Assembly (NCBI GenBank): GCA_902478645.1
Contig: CABSLV010000007.1
Span: 5,504 to 69,503 of the forward strand
Source: an uncultured Flavobacteriales bacterium
GTDB lineage: Bacteria > Bacteroidota > Bacteroidia > Flavobacteriales > UBA1820
Reading direction: 5' to 3'
Length of the DNA stretch: 64,000 bases
Below the pieces are notes generated by a model. The model saw only the letters and a list, made by a program, of their open reading frames with translations. It was not told the origin of the DNA and made no database searches. Made by a program: the position numbers and the translations under genes. Every line of letters starts with the position of its first letter. Position 1 is the first letter of the stretch. Of the stretch, positions 51,148 to 60,121 are shown one piece after another.

Positions 51148-53058
51148 TTAGATCAGTATGGCGATAATGACCAGCAACAGGGCACCCAGGACGAACACAT
51201 ACGCGTACTGCTGTACCTGTCCCGACTGCAGCCCCCGGATGTCGTACGACACGCGATTGGCTCCCCAAGCCAGGAAATTCATAAAGCCATCCACCACATG
51301 GCGGTCGAACCAAGCGATGCTCTTCGACACACCGTTGAAGATAATGCGCTTGGTGATGAACATGTACACCTCGTCGATATAGAAACGATGGTATGCCGCA
51401 CGGGCGAAAGCCGTCATCGACGCCTCGTTCACCGCCGGTTTTTCGTGTTCCTTGAAGTACTTGAACGCCGCGATGCCGATACCCACCACCGCTACGCCGA
51501 TGCTGGCAAAAGCAATGGGCCACGTAGTGTGGATGTGCAGCGTCTGCCCGTCGGCCGAAACGAAATCGCCGAAGGGAATAAAGCCGGCCACGCACGTGAT
51601 CAGCGCCAGGATCGCCAGCGGAACGGTCATCACCGCCGGGGATTCATGAGGCGTATGGTGAGACAGGTCGGTCGGAGTGCTCCAGAAGATACGGAAGTAC
51701 AGACGGAACATGTAGAACGCCGTCAGACCGGCCGTGACATACATCCAGGCAAACATCCAAGGGCTGAACATGTAGGTAGCCACCAGGATCTCATCTTTGG
51801 AGAAGAAGCCCGAGAACGGAGGGATTCCCGCAATGGCCAAGCACGCTACCACGAACGTGATGTGCGTAACGGGCATGTACTTGCGCAAACCACCCATCTG
51901 CGCCATCTCGTTGGAATGCACCGCATGGATCACCGAACCGGCACCCAGGAAGAGCAGTGCCTTGAACATGGCGTGGGTAAACAAGTGCCACATACCGGCC
52001 GTATAACCCAGAGCGTCGTGCCCGTTCATGCCGGATACGCCCAAAGCAACGATCATAAAGCCGATCTGGGAAATGGTCGAGAAGGCCAGCACGCGTTTGA
52101 TATCCGTCTGGAAGCAGGCGATCACCGCGGCAAAGAGCGAAGTGAAAGCACCCACGTAGGCGATGTACGACAACACCTCCGGTGCTGCCTCGATGTACAG
52201 CGGGAACATGCGCGCTACCAGGAACACACCGGCTACCACCATCGTTGCGGCATGGATCAAGGCCGAAACAGGGGTCGGACCTTCCATCGCGTCGGGCAGC
52301 CAGATGTGCAAGGGGAACATTGCCGACTTACCGGCACCGCCGATAAAGATCAGGCTCAAGCCCCAGGCTGCCGCCGAAACACCCAGGAAGCTGGCTCCGG
52401 CTGCCGAAGAAAGTGCCGTGCCGCCCGGAGCGGTCAGGTCGATGAAGTTGAACGACTGGGCATAGAAGGACAATACCAGGATACCCAGCAGGAAGCCCAG
52501 GTCGGCAAAGCGGGTAACGATAAAGGCTTTCTTCGAAGCAGCGATGGCTGCCGGACGGGTGTAGTAAAACCCGATGAGCAGGTACGAGGATACACCCACC
52601 AACTCCCAGAAGATGTACATCTGGAAAATGTTGGTAGCCACCACCAACCCGAGCATCGAGAAGGAGAACAACGAGAGGAAGGCGTAGTAACGCGCAAAAC
52701 CCCGCTCGCCCTTCATGTAACCCAGGCTGTAGAGGTGCACCATCAGCGACACGGTGGTGATCACCACCAGCATCATGCACGAGATGGGATCCAGCAATAC
52801 GCCCAGGTCGATGTGCAGGTTTTCGGTAAAACGAAGCCACACCCAGTTGTACTCGGTGATCTTCTGGTAAACGCCGTCGGCGCCTTTTCCATCTATGAAG
52901 AAGTAATCAAATGCGGCCCAGTATGCCAATACTGTGGTAACGGCCAGTCCCGCCGTACCGATCAGTCCGGCCGAGCGTCCCTTGAGCTGTCCCTGGAAGA
53001 GTCCCAAAAACAGGAACATCACCATGGGAATGAGCAAAACGTATATCGAGTATTCCAT
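51148..53058 (-). CDS. nuoL: NADH-quinone oxidoreductase subunit L
   Basis: 636-aa antiporter-like subunit with a C-terminal lateral-helix extension (MFPLHIWLPDAMEGPTPVSALIHAATMV). Confidence 0.9.
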   Translation of the reverse strand: MEYSIYVLLIPMVMFLFLGLFQGQLKGRSAGLIGTAGLAVTTVLAYWAAFDYFFIDGKGADGVYQKITEYNWVWLRFTENLHIDLGVLLDPISCMMLVVITTVSLMVHLYSLGYMKGERGFARYYAFLSLFSFSMLGLVVATNIFQMYIFWELVGVSSYLLIGFYYTRPAAIAASKKAFIVTRFADLGFLLGILVLSFYAQSFNFIDLTAPGGTALSSAAGASFLGVSAAAWGLSLIFIGGAGKSAMFPLHIWLPDAMEGPTPVSALIHAATMVVAGVFLVARMFPLYIEAAPEVLSYIAYVGAFTSLFAAVIACFQTDIKRVLAFSTISQIGFMIVALGVSGMNGHDALGYTAGMWHLFTHAMFKALLFLGAGSVIHAVHSNEMAQMGGLRKYMPVTHITFVVACLAIAGIPPFSGFFSKDEILVATYMFSPWMFAWMYVTAGLTAFYMFRLYFRIFWSTPTDLSHHTPHESPAVMTVPLAILALITCVAGFIPFGDFVSADGQTLHIHTTWPIAFASIGVAVVGIGIAAFKYFKEHEKPAVNEASMTAFARAAYHRFYIDEVYMFITKRIIFNGVSKSIAWFDRHVVDGFMNFLAWGANRVSYDIRGLQSGQVQQYAYVFVLGALLLVIIAILI

Positions 53059-53078
53059 TTTCTTGACGCGGTTTTAGA

Positions 53079-53390
53079 CTAATATTTCATCGAGTCCATA
53101 CGGTCCGTCTGGACGCTCTTGAGGTTGCGGTACACGTTGATGATGATGGCGATCGCCACGGCTGTTTCCCCGGCGGCCACCCCGATGACGAACAGGGTAA
53201 AGAAAAAGCCTTCGAGCGCCTCGGGATACAGAAAGCGGTTGAACACCACGAAGTTCACATTGACCGCATTGAGGATCAGCTCCAGCGAAACGAGCATGGC
53301 CAACAGGTTGCGGCGTGTGATGAAACCGTAAACGCCCGCGAAGAACATCACGGCTCCTACGAGCAGGTAAAATTCCATTGGTATTTCCAT
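53079..53390 (-). CDS. nuoK: NADH-quinone oxidoreductase subunit K
   Basis: ORF trimmed to ATG at 53390 (alternative 53378); about 100 aa, 3 TM, LELILNAVN block. Confidence 0.85.
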   Translation of the reverse strand: MEIPMEFYLLVGAVMFFAGVYGFITRRNLLAMLVSLELILNAVNVNFVVFNRFLYPEALEGFFFTLFVIGVAAGETAVAIAIIINVYRNLKSVQTDRMDSMKY

Positions 53391-53394
53391 TGTC

Positions 53395-53910
53395 CTATCG
53401 TTTTCTTGCAATTAATATTCCGCCGATGATGCAAGCCAGCAAAAAGACGCTGATCACTTCGAAAGGCAGCAGATAACCGTACTTGTAAGGACTCATCAGC
53501 ATCTGTCCCACCACATTCATATCGGGATCCGTTCCCCAGACCACCGACGGGGCGAAACGCTCGGAAAAGATGAGCCATCCGCAAACCACCAGGCCCACCA
53601 GCGCCCCGATCAGGGCCGGCACCACCTTTTTGGTTTCCGGTTTTTCGGTCTTTTCGCCGACCCCGCTGGTAAGCAGGATCGAGAATACGTACAACACGAT
53701 GATACCGCCAGCGTAAATAGTCAGCTGCACCGCACCGAGGAACTGGTAATCCAACTGGAAGTACAGACCTGCCGTAGCAAAGAGTACGAACAGCAGGTAC
53801 GTTACCGCACGCAGGATGCGCCGCGAAGTAACCGCCAGAAAGGAGAACACGACTATGATCAGCGCCAGGACGGCAAATACGATCAATCCGGATGTTATTT
53901 CCATTGTCAT
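53395..53910 (-). CDS. nuoJ: NADH-quinone oxidoreductase subunit J
   Basis: 171 aa, 5 TM; its start overlaps the nuoI stop by 1 nt (TGATG). Confidence 0.85.
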   Translation of the reverse strand: MTMEITSGLIVFAVLALIIVVFSFLAVTSRRILRAVTYLLFVLFATAGLYFQLDYQFLGAVQLTIYAGGIIVLYVFSILLTSGVGEKTEKPETKKVVPALIGALVGLVVCGWLIFSERFAPSVVWGTDPDMNVVGQMLMSPYKYGYLLPFEVISVFLLACIIGGILIARKR

Positions 53911-54431
53911 CAGTTATTTTCCTGTTGTTTTTCTTCTGTCTTTGCCGCAGCGCTTTCGGGGGCTGCTTCAGCCGGTTTGGGAGCGACCACCGGATCGAGG
54001 CGCAGCACGAGTTTGGTGCGGTTGAACACCGCATTCTCGAACGTATTGCGGAATTCGATGGCATTGTGCGGACAACTGTTCACACAAAGCTGGCAATAGG
54101 TGCAACTGCCCAGGTCGTAGATATACTCGTCGAGGACTTTCTTGGGTTTTCCGGTAGCCGGATTTACCTCCATGCGGGTCTTGACCGTAATGGTGCCGTT
54201 GGGGCAGGCATTCTGGCAAATCCCGCAGCCGATACAACGGCTGGGGCCATCCTCGTTCAGGGGCATGTACAATTCGCCGCGAAAACGTTTGGCGATCTGG
54301 AGCGTAGCCCGGTTTTCAGGATACTGGTCGGTGGTGTTCTTTTGCAGGAACACCTTCATCGTGGTCTTCAGACCGGTGCACAACGAACCGATCCCCCGGC
54401 AAATAGAACCTATGTAATTAACGAAACCCAT
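53910..54431 (-). CDS. nuoI: NADH-quinone oxidoreductase subunit I (2x[4Fe-4S])
   Basis: CIGCGICQNACP and CTYCQLCVNSCP ferredoxin motifs. Confidence 0.9.
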   Translation of the reverse strand: MGFVNYIGSICRGIGSLCTGLKTTMKVFLQKNTTDQYPENRATLQIAKRFRGELYMPLNEDGPSRCIGCGICQNACPNGTITVKTRMEVNPATGKPKKVLDEYIYDLGSCTYCQLCVNSCPHNAIEFRNTFENAVFNRTKLVLRLDPVVAPKPAEAAPESAAAKTEEKQQENN

Positions 54432-54455
54432 TTCTTCTCTGTCTTTATCTTAAAC

Positions 54456-55532
54456 TTAGAAATGCAAACCGAATATCACCACGATGGCCATCAGCATCAG
54501 GTTGACCAAACCGATGGGCAAAAGGTATTTCCACTCCAGAGCCAGGATCTGGTCCACACGCAGACGCGGGAACGTCCACTTGAACCACATCAGCACGAAG
54601 ATCAAAAAGAACGTCTTGCCGAAGAACCATACCACCGAAGGGATGTAGTCCATCACGGCGTTGAAACCGTCCAGCCCGCTGATGTGCAAAGGCATCCATC
54701 CGCCCAGGAAGATCGTCGCAGCCACAGCCGCTACGATAAACAGGTTGAGATACTCGGCCAGGTAGAAGAAACCGAACTGAATACCGGAATATTCGGTGTG
54801 GTAACCGGCCGTCAGCTCACTCTCGGCTTCGGGCAAGTCGAACGGTCCGCGGTTGGTCTCGGCATTGCCGGCGATCAGGTAGATGATGAAAGCGATCACC
54901 GCCGGAATATGTCCCTTGAAGATGAACCAGCCGTCGGCCTGCTCGGCCACGATGGTCGAGAGCTGCATGCTGCCGCACAGGATGACCATCGTCAGGATGG
55001 ACAAGGTAACGGACAACTCATAGCTGATCATCTGCGCACCGCTTCGCATGGCGCCGATCAGGGAAAACTTGTTGTTGGACGACCAACCGGCCAGCAGGAT
55101 ACCCAGCACCCCGATGGCCGAAACGGACAGCAGGAAGAAGATACCGATGTTGAAATCCAACACCTGGAGTCCGCGTCCGAAAGGCAGGTTGCTGAAGGCC
55201 AGCACCGAGGCCACGATAACGATAAAGGGCGCCAGAATGAACAGGAAGCGGTCGGAACGGTCGATGAAGATCAGTTCCTTGATAAGCATCTTGATCATAT
55301 CGGCCACACTCTGGATCGTTCCCTTGGGTCCTACCCGGTTCGGCCCGATACGGCACTGGAACTTTCCGCACACGCGGCGCTCCATGTAGATCAGGATCAG
55401 GGCGATCACCGCGTAGAGTGCCAGAATGGCCGCGCCGATCAGGATAAATTCGATGGCCAGCGCCGCCCACGAAGGCATTGCAGCGCGCAGCGTTTCGTCT
55501 ATCCAACCAGTGACTATTGAAAAATCGAACAT
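54456..55532 (-). CDS. nuoH: NADH-quinone oxidoreductase subunit H
   Basis: 358 aa polytopic; NuoH/ND1 blocks [13 protein letters not shown] and AEY. Confidence 0.9.
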   Translation of the reverse strand: MFDFSIVTGWIDETLRAAMPSWAALAIEFILIGAAILALYAVIALILIYMERRVCGKFQCRIGPNRVGPKGTIQSVADMIKMLIKELIFIDRSDRFLFILAPFIVIVASVLAFSNLPFGRGLQVLDFNIGIFFLLSVSAIGVLGILLAGWSSNNKFSLIGAMRSGAQMISYELSVTLSILTMVILCGSMQLSTIVAEQADGWFIFKGHIPAVIAFIIYLIAGNAETNRGPFDLPEAESELTAGYHTEYSGIQFGFFYLAEYLNLFIVAAVAATIFLGGWMPLHISGLDGFNAVMDYIPSVVWFFGKTFFLIFVLMWFKWTFPRLRVDQILALEWKYLLPIGLVNLMLMAIVVIFGLHF

Positions 55533-55570
55533 ATCGCTTTCTATTTGTTTTTGTTTCCTTGATTATTGCG

Positions 55571-57202
55571 TTAGCGGTCGATGTCCGGGACGATGTAGTC
55601 CAGCGAAGCTCCGATGGCGATCAGGTCGGCGATCTTGTGTCCACGGGAGAGTTGATCGACTACCGAGATCTGCGGCAGACCGGTCGAGCGGAACTTCAGG
55701 CGGTAAGGATACTTGTCCCCGCGGGATTCGATATACACCCCGAAATCGCCGCGTGCAGCCTCCACATGGGAGTAGTACTCGCCTTCCGGCAACTTGATCA
55801 CCGGCTTGGTCTTGACCTGGATGTCTCCCTCCGGAATGTTGTCGATGAGCTGTTCGATGATATGGAGCGACTCGTAGATCTCGTCCATACGCGCCATGTA
55901 GCGGTCGAACACATCGCCACCGTGGTAGATCACCTGTTTGAAATCCACCTTGTCGTACATCGCATACGGATCGGTCTTGCGCACGTCGCACGCCCAACCG
56001 GAAGCACGGCCCGAAGGACCGGATACTCCGTACGAAATGGCCGTCTCCTTGGGCAGGACACCGATGCCCTTCATACGGTTCTGAGCGATGATATTGCCGG
56101 TAAAGACATTGTGATAGTCCGGCAGTACGGTCGGCAGGTATTTGAGGAACTTCTTGACTTCCTTGACAAAATCGGGATGCAGGTCGGCCTGCACGCCGCC
56201 GATGGTGTAGTAGTTCTGGATCAGACGGCCGCCCGTGGTTGCCTCGAAGATATCGAGAATCTTTTCGCGGTCGCGGAAACCGTAGAAGAAAGCCGTCAGT
56301 GCGCCGAAGTCCATGCAGAAGGTCGCATAGAACAACAAGTGCGAATCGATGCGCTGCAACTCGTCCATGATGGTGCGGATGTACTTCACCCGATCCGACA
56401 CCTCGATACCCATCGCCTTTTCGATGCAGTTGCACAAGGCATGGCGGTTCATGTGCGCCGAAAGATAGTCCAGACGGTCGGTAAAGGCCAAAGTCTGGGG
56501 ATAGGTCTTCGACTCGCTCAGTTTTTCGATCCCGCGGTGGATGTACCCGCAGTTCGGGTCGATCTTGCGGATGATCTCACCGTCGAGCGACACGCGGAAA
56601 TGCAACACCCCGTGCGTAGCCGGGTGCTGAGGCCCGATATTGACCACGTATTCTTCCTTGGAGAAAATAGTGTGGGGCACGGCCTTGAGTGTACCGTCCG
56701 CTTGCACCTGATATCCGACGGTTTCGTCCACGCCGTCTTCCACATGGAGGTTCAACTCCTTGTTGGCGTTCATGTCGTAGTCCTTGCGCAAAGGATATCC
56801 GACAAAGTCCCGACGCAGGTACAGACGACGCATGTCCTGGTGTCCGGCAAATTTGACGCCGAAATAGTCGTACACCTCGCGTTCGTTGAGTTCCGCCGTG
56901 CCCCAGATGTCACTCACGGTAGGCAGCATGGGGTTTTCCCGGTCGGTAGTAAAGGTCTTGAGCACCACCCAGTGGTTGTGTACCGAGGAAGTAAGGTGGT
57001 ACACCACGCCCAATCCTACCTCGGGACCTTCGTCCACTCCGGTGAGGCTCACCAGATAGTCGAACGCCATCTCGGAGTCGTCCTTGAGCATACGGGCTAC
57101 TTCGCGCAGTTTGTCCGAGGGGACGGTGAAGGTGGGATACTGCCCTTCCTTGTATGCCGCATCGGGGGCAAGGGCTGTTATTTTTTCTTGTATTGCGCTC
57201 AT
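55571..57202 (-). CDS. nuoCD: NADH-quinone oxidoreductase fused subunit C/D
   Basis: 543 aa; the N-terminal ~170 aa is NuoC-like (ELNEREVYDYFGVKFAGH). The remainder is NuoD-like (NIGPQHPATHGVLH ... the C-terminus ends PDIDR). Confidence 0.9.
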   Translation of the reverse strand: MSAIQEKITALAPDAAYKEGQYPTFTVPSDKLREVARMLKDDSEMAFDYLVSLTGVDEGPEVGLGVVYHLTSSVHNHWVVLKTFTTDRENPMLPTVSDIWGTAELNEREVYDYFGVKFAGHQDMRRLYLRRDFVGYPLRKDYDMNANKELNLHVEDGVDETVGYQVQADGTLKAVPHTIFSKEEYVVNIGPQHPATHGVLHFRVSLDGEIIRKIDPNCGYIHRGIEKLSESKTYPQTLAFTDRLDYLSAHMNRHALCNCIEKAMGIEVSDRVKYIRTIMDELQRIDSHLLFYATFCMDFGALTAFFYGFRDREKILDIFEATTGGRLIQNYYTIGGVQADLHPDFVKEVKKFLKYLPTVLPDYHNVFTGNIIAQNRMKGIGVLPKETAISYGVSGPSGRASGWACDVRKTDPYAMYDKVDFKQVIYHGGDVFDRYMARMDEIYESLHIIEQLIDNIPEGDIQVKTKPVIKLPEGEYYSHVEAARGDFGVYIESRGDKYPYRLKFRSTGLPQISVVDQLSRGHKIADLIAIGASLDYIVPDIDR

Positions 57203-57233
57203 AAAACTGTCTTCTTTTATACGATTACAGGCA

Positions 57234-57836
57234 TCAGTCCTTGTCTTCGACCAGATCGGCCGGTTTTTCCTGATGGGCGCCGGCGCCGTGCTTGCCGAAA
57301 TACCGCTCGGCTTTTACCTTGCGCTGGAGCTGCATCATCCCATAGAGGAATGCCTCCGGACGGGGCGGGCAGCCGGGAATGAACACATCCACCGGAACGA
57401 TCTTGTCGATGCCTTCCACCACGTGGTACGAACCCTTGAACGGACCTCCCGATATGGTACATCCGCCCACGGCGATGACGTATTTCGGTTCGGCCAACTG
57501 GTCGTACAGACGGCGGAACACCGGGGCCATCTTGGGAACGATGGTACCGGCCACGACCATCATATCGGCCTGACGCGGACTGGCACGTGCTACCTCGAAA
57601 CCGAAACGCGCCATATCGTGGCGAGCGGCTCCGACGGCCATGAATTCGATACCGCAGCAGCTGGTAGCGAACGTAAGGGGCCAAAGCGAATTGGAGCGTC
57701 CCCAGTTGATCACATCGTCGGCCAGACCGACGAATACGTTGGCCTTGCCGTCCTTGTTTATCTCCTTTACGAGCTCCTCGAGGCTTTCATTGTCCTTGAA
57801 ATCCTCGTATTCCATCGATTTGATTTTTATTTCCAT
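57234..57836 (-). CDS. nuoB: NADH-quinone oxidoreductase subunit B
   Basis: ORF trimmed to ATG at 57836, overlapping the nuoA stop; N2-cluster motifs [10 protein letters not shown] and PGCPPRPE. Confidence 0.9.
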   Translation of the reverse strand: MEIKIKSMEYEDFKDNESLEELVKEINKDGKANVFVGLADDVINWGRSNSLWPLTFATSCCGIEFMAVGAARHDMARFGFEVARASPRQADMMVVAGTIVPKMAPVFRRLYDQLAEPKYVIAVGGCTISGGPFKGSYHVVEGIDKIVPVDVFIPGCPPRPEAFLYGMMQLQRKVKAERYFGKHGAGAHQEKPADLVEDKD

Positions 57837-58177
57837 TGCAATGCTCCTTTTCTCCATGCGTATGCCAGACCGAGTACCAGTACCAGCATAAAGAACAATA
57901 CGTTTACCAGAGCCATTACGCCGAGTTCTTGCACAGCCACTGCCCAGGGGAACAGGAACACAGCTTCCACATCGAACATCAGGAACAAAATGGCGAAAAG
58001 ATAGTAACCTACCTTGAACTGCATCCAGGACGTCCCCCGGGTAGGCACACCGCACTCGTACGGAAGTCCCTTCTGCCGGTTGTAGGAGCGGGGAGCGATG
58101 AGCCACGCAATGGTCAATGCGGCGCTCACCAACACCAATGCAGTAAAAAATACTACAATAAGCAGCGTAGAATTCAT
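57827..58177 (-). CDS. nuoA: NADH-quinone oxidoreductase subunit A
   Basis: ORF trimmed to [11 protein letters not shown]; 116 aa, 3 TM, YECG and FDVE blocks. Confidence 0.85.
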   Translation of the reverse strand: MNSTLLIVVFFTALVLVSAALTIAWLIAPRSYNRQKGLPYECGVPTRGTSWMQFKVGYYLFAILFLMFDVEAVFLFPWAVAVQELGVMALVNVLFFMLVLVLGLAYAWRKGALQWK

Positions 58178-58346
58178 ATATAAAAGCGTTTGTTTTTCCC
58201 CTGAAAACAGCATCATGCCCCACAAAACACTTCACGGCCAGGCCTTACGCGCCTTCTTCCCGCTTCATCCCCCCTCTTCTTTTCTCTCCACCCCCATTTT
58301 CCTTCCTCTTCTCCGCGCGAAAAACAGCCTACGATGCAGGGCGCTG

Positions 58347-58354
58347 CAAAGGTA
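58347..58354 (-). promoter_or_regulatory. -7 box TACCTTTG upstream of the nuo operon
   Basis: The + strand reads CAAAGGTA; about 170 nt before the nuoA ATG, and the leader contains a long polypurine tract. Confidence 0.4.
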
Positions 58355-58363
58355 CGTAAATAA

Positions 58364-58405
58364 ATGAAATACAAAAACCCGAATCGGCAAAAAACCGTTC
58401 GGGTT
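58364..58405 (-). terminator. Intrinsic terminator of gltX
   Basis: AACCCGAA(t)CGG caaaaaa CCG TTCGGGTT; minus-strand T-rich tail TTTGTATTTCATTTATTT. Confidence 0.7.
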
Positions 58406-58459
58406 CGAAGCCCTCTTTCCAGAGGCCGCTATTGTTATTTTCACATCTTGTTCTCCGCC

Positions 58460-59983
58460 TTATCGCCGGACTGTCTCGACCGCCCGGGCGATCCGCTCGC
58501 AAGTCTGTTCCGCACCGAGTACCTCGATGATGTCGAAGATCTCCGGCCCCACAGCGCGGCCCACCAGAGCAATGCGCAACGAGTTCATGATCGCCCCCAG
58601 AGGCAACCCCGTACCACCCGCATAAGCGAGTACCGCATCGTGCATCGCCTGCTTGCCCTGCGGGAACATCGTACGGATGATCTGCGCCATCTCCAGCAAA
58701 TGGGCCGAAGTACCATCCTTCCAACGTTTCTTCAAATCGCCCTCGTCGTACTGCTGCGGCGCACGGAAAAAGTATCCGGCATGCTCCACGATGTCGCTGG
58801 CAAACGAACAACGCTCCTTGACCAAAGCGCACACCCGGCGCGCATAGTCGTCCGTGGGGAAACCTTCGGCCTGGAGCACCGGACGGACATACTCGAAAAA
58901 GTCCTCGTCGGAAAGGGCGTGAACGTACTGCTGGTTGAACCAACGCGCCTTTTCCGGATCGAAACGGGACCCGGACTTGCCCACCTTTTCCAGCGAAAAA
59001 GCCTGGATCAACTCGTCCATCGTATAGATTTCCTGGTCGGTACCTTCGTTCCATCCCAGCAGAGCCAGCATGTTGATGAAGGCTTGCGGCAAGTAGCCTT
59101 TTTCCCGATAACCGGAAAAGACCTCGCCCGAGGGAGCGTGCCATTCGAGAGGGAACACTGGGAAACCTCCCTGGTCGCCGTCGCGTTTGCTCAATTTTCC
59201 CTTGCCCGAAGGCTTGAGGATCAGGGGCAGGTGGGCAAACTGCGGTGCCTGCCAACCGAAAGCCTCGTACAACAATACGTGCAAGGGCATCGAGGCAAGC
59301 CATTCCTCTCCGCGGATCACATGGGAGATGTCCATCGTGTGGTCGTCCACGATGTTGGCCAAGTGGTAGGTCGGCATGCCGTCGGACTTGTACAGCACCT
59401 TATCGTCCAGTTCACACAGCCGGAAGGTGATGTCGCCCCGGATCATGTCGTGCACCGTGATTTCCCCTTCGGCGGGTATCTTGAAGCGCACCACGTAATG
59501 CTGCCCGGGGTCGGAGAGGCGCTGCTGCACCTGCTCGGGAGAAAGGGTGAGCGAGTTGTTCAACCCTTCCCGCGTGGCGGCATTGTAGGTGAATACTTTT
59601 TTCTCGGCTTCGGCGGCCTTGCGAAGGGCGTCGAGCTCCTCCGGGGTGTCGAAAGCATAATACGCATGACCGCTGCGCACCAACTGCTCGGCATATTCGC
59701 GGTACATGGCCTTGCGCTCACTCTGACGGTAGGGGCCGTAGGCACCGCCGAGATCGTCCGGACCTTCGTCGGGCACCAGTCCGCACCAAAGCAGGGATTT
59801 GATGATGTATTCCTCCGCGCCGGGAACATACCGGTTCTGGTCGGTGTCCTCGATACGGAGCAGGAAGTCCCCGCCGGCATGTTTGGCAAAAAGATAGTTG
59901 TAAAGCGCCGTACGCACCCCGCCCATGTGCAGGGGGCCGGTGGGACTGGGGGCGAAACGCACCCGTACTTTTCGATCGGTCAT
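58460..59983 (-). CDS. gltX: Glutamyl-tRNA synthetase
   Basis: 507 aa; RFAPSPTGPLHMGGVRTAL (HIGH-type) and KLSKRDG (KMSKS). Confidence 0.95.
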   Translation of the reverse strand: MTDRKVRVRFAPSPTGPLHMGGVRTALYNYLFAKHAGGDFLLRIEDTDQNRYVPGAEEYIIKSLLWCGLVPDEGPDDLGGAYGPYRQSERKAMYREYAEQLVRSGHAYYAFDTPEELDALRKAAEAEKKVFTYNAATREGLNNSLTLSPEQVQQRLSDPGQHYVVRFKIPAEGEITVHDMIRGDITFRLCELDDKVLYKSDGMPTYHLANIVDDHTMDISHVIRGEEWLASMPLHVLLYEAFGWQAPQFAHLPLILKPSGKGKLSKRDGDQGGFPVFPLEWHAPSGEVFSGYREKGYLPQAFINMLALLGWNEGTDQEIYTMDELIQAFSLEKVGKSGSRFDPEKARWFNQQYVHALSDEDFFEYVRPVLQAEGFPTDDYARRVCALVKERCSFASDIVEHAGYFFRAPQQYDEGDLKKRWKDGTSAHLLEMAQIIRTMFPQGKQAMHDAVLAYAGGTGLPLGAIMNSLRIALVGRAVGPEIFDIIEVLGAEQTCERIARAVETVRR

Positions 59984-60014
59984 TTTGCTTGTCTTTAGCT
60001 GTTTTTACCGGATG

Positions 60015-60022
60015 CAAAGGTA
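60015..60022 (-). promoter_or_regulatory. -7 box TACCTTTG upstream of gltX
   Basis: The + strand reads CAAAGGTA, 32 nt before the ATG at 59983. Confidence 0.45.
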
Positions 60023-60044
60023 TGAAATATATCCATGTGCCGGG

Positions 60045-60080
60045 AAACAAATGCGGCGCTTCCTTTCAGGGAAGCGCCGC
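60045..60080 (-). terminator. Intrinsic terminator of the TonB-dependent receptor gene
   Basis: GCGGCGCTTCC tttcag GGAAGCGCCGC; minus-strand tail ATTTGTTTCCC. Confidence 0.65.
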
Positions 60081-60121
60081 ACTGCAGCGTGTTAATTGCC
60101 CGGAGAAATCCGGAGATTATC

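Noticed and set aside
58262-58320. Small minus-strand ORF (MGVERKEEGGMKREEGA*) inside the nuo-leader polypurine tract.
   Set aside because: It is a by-product of the GA-rich tract and carries no independent signal. The tract itself is reported instead.
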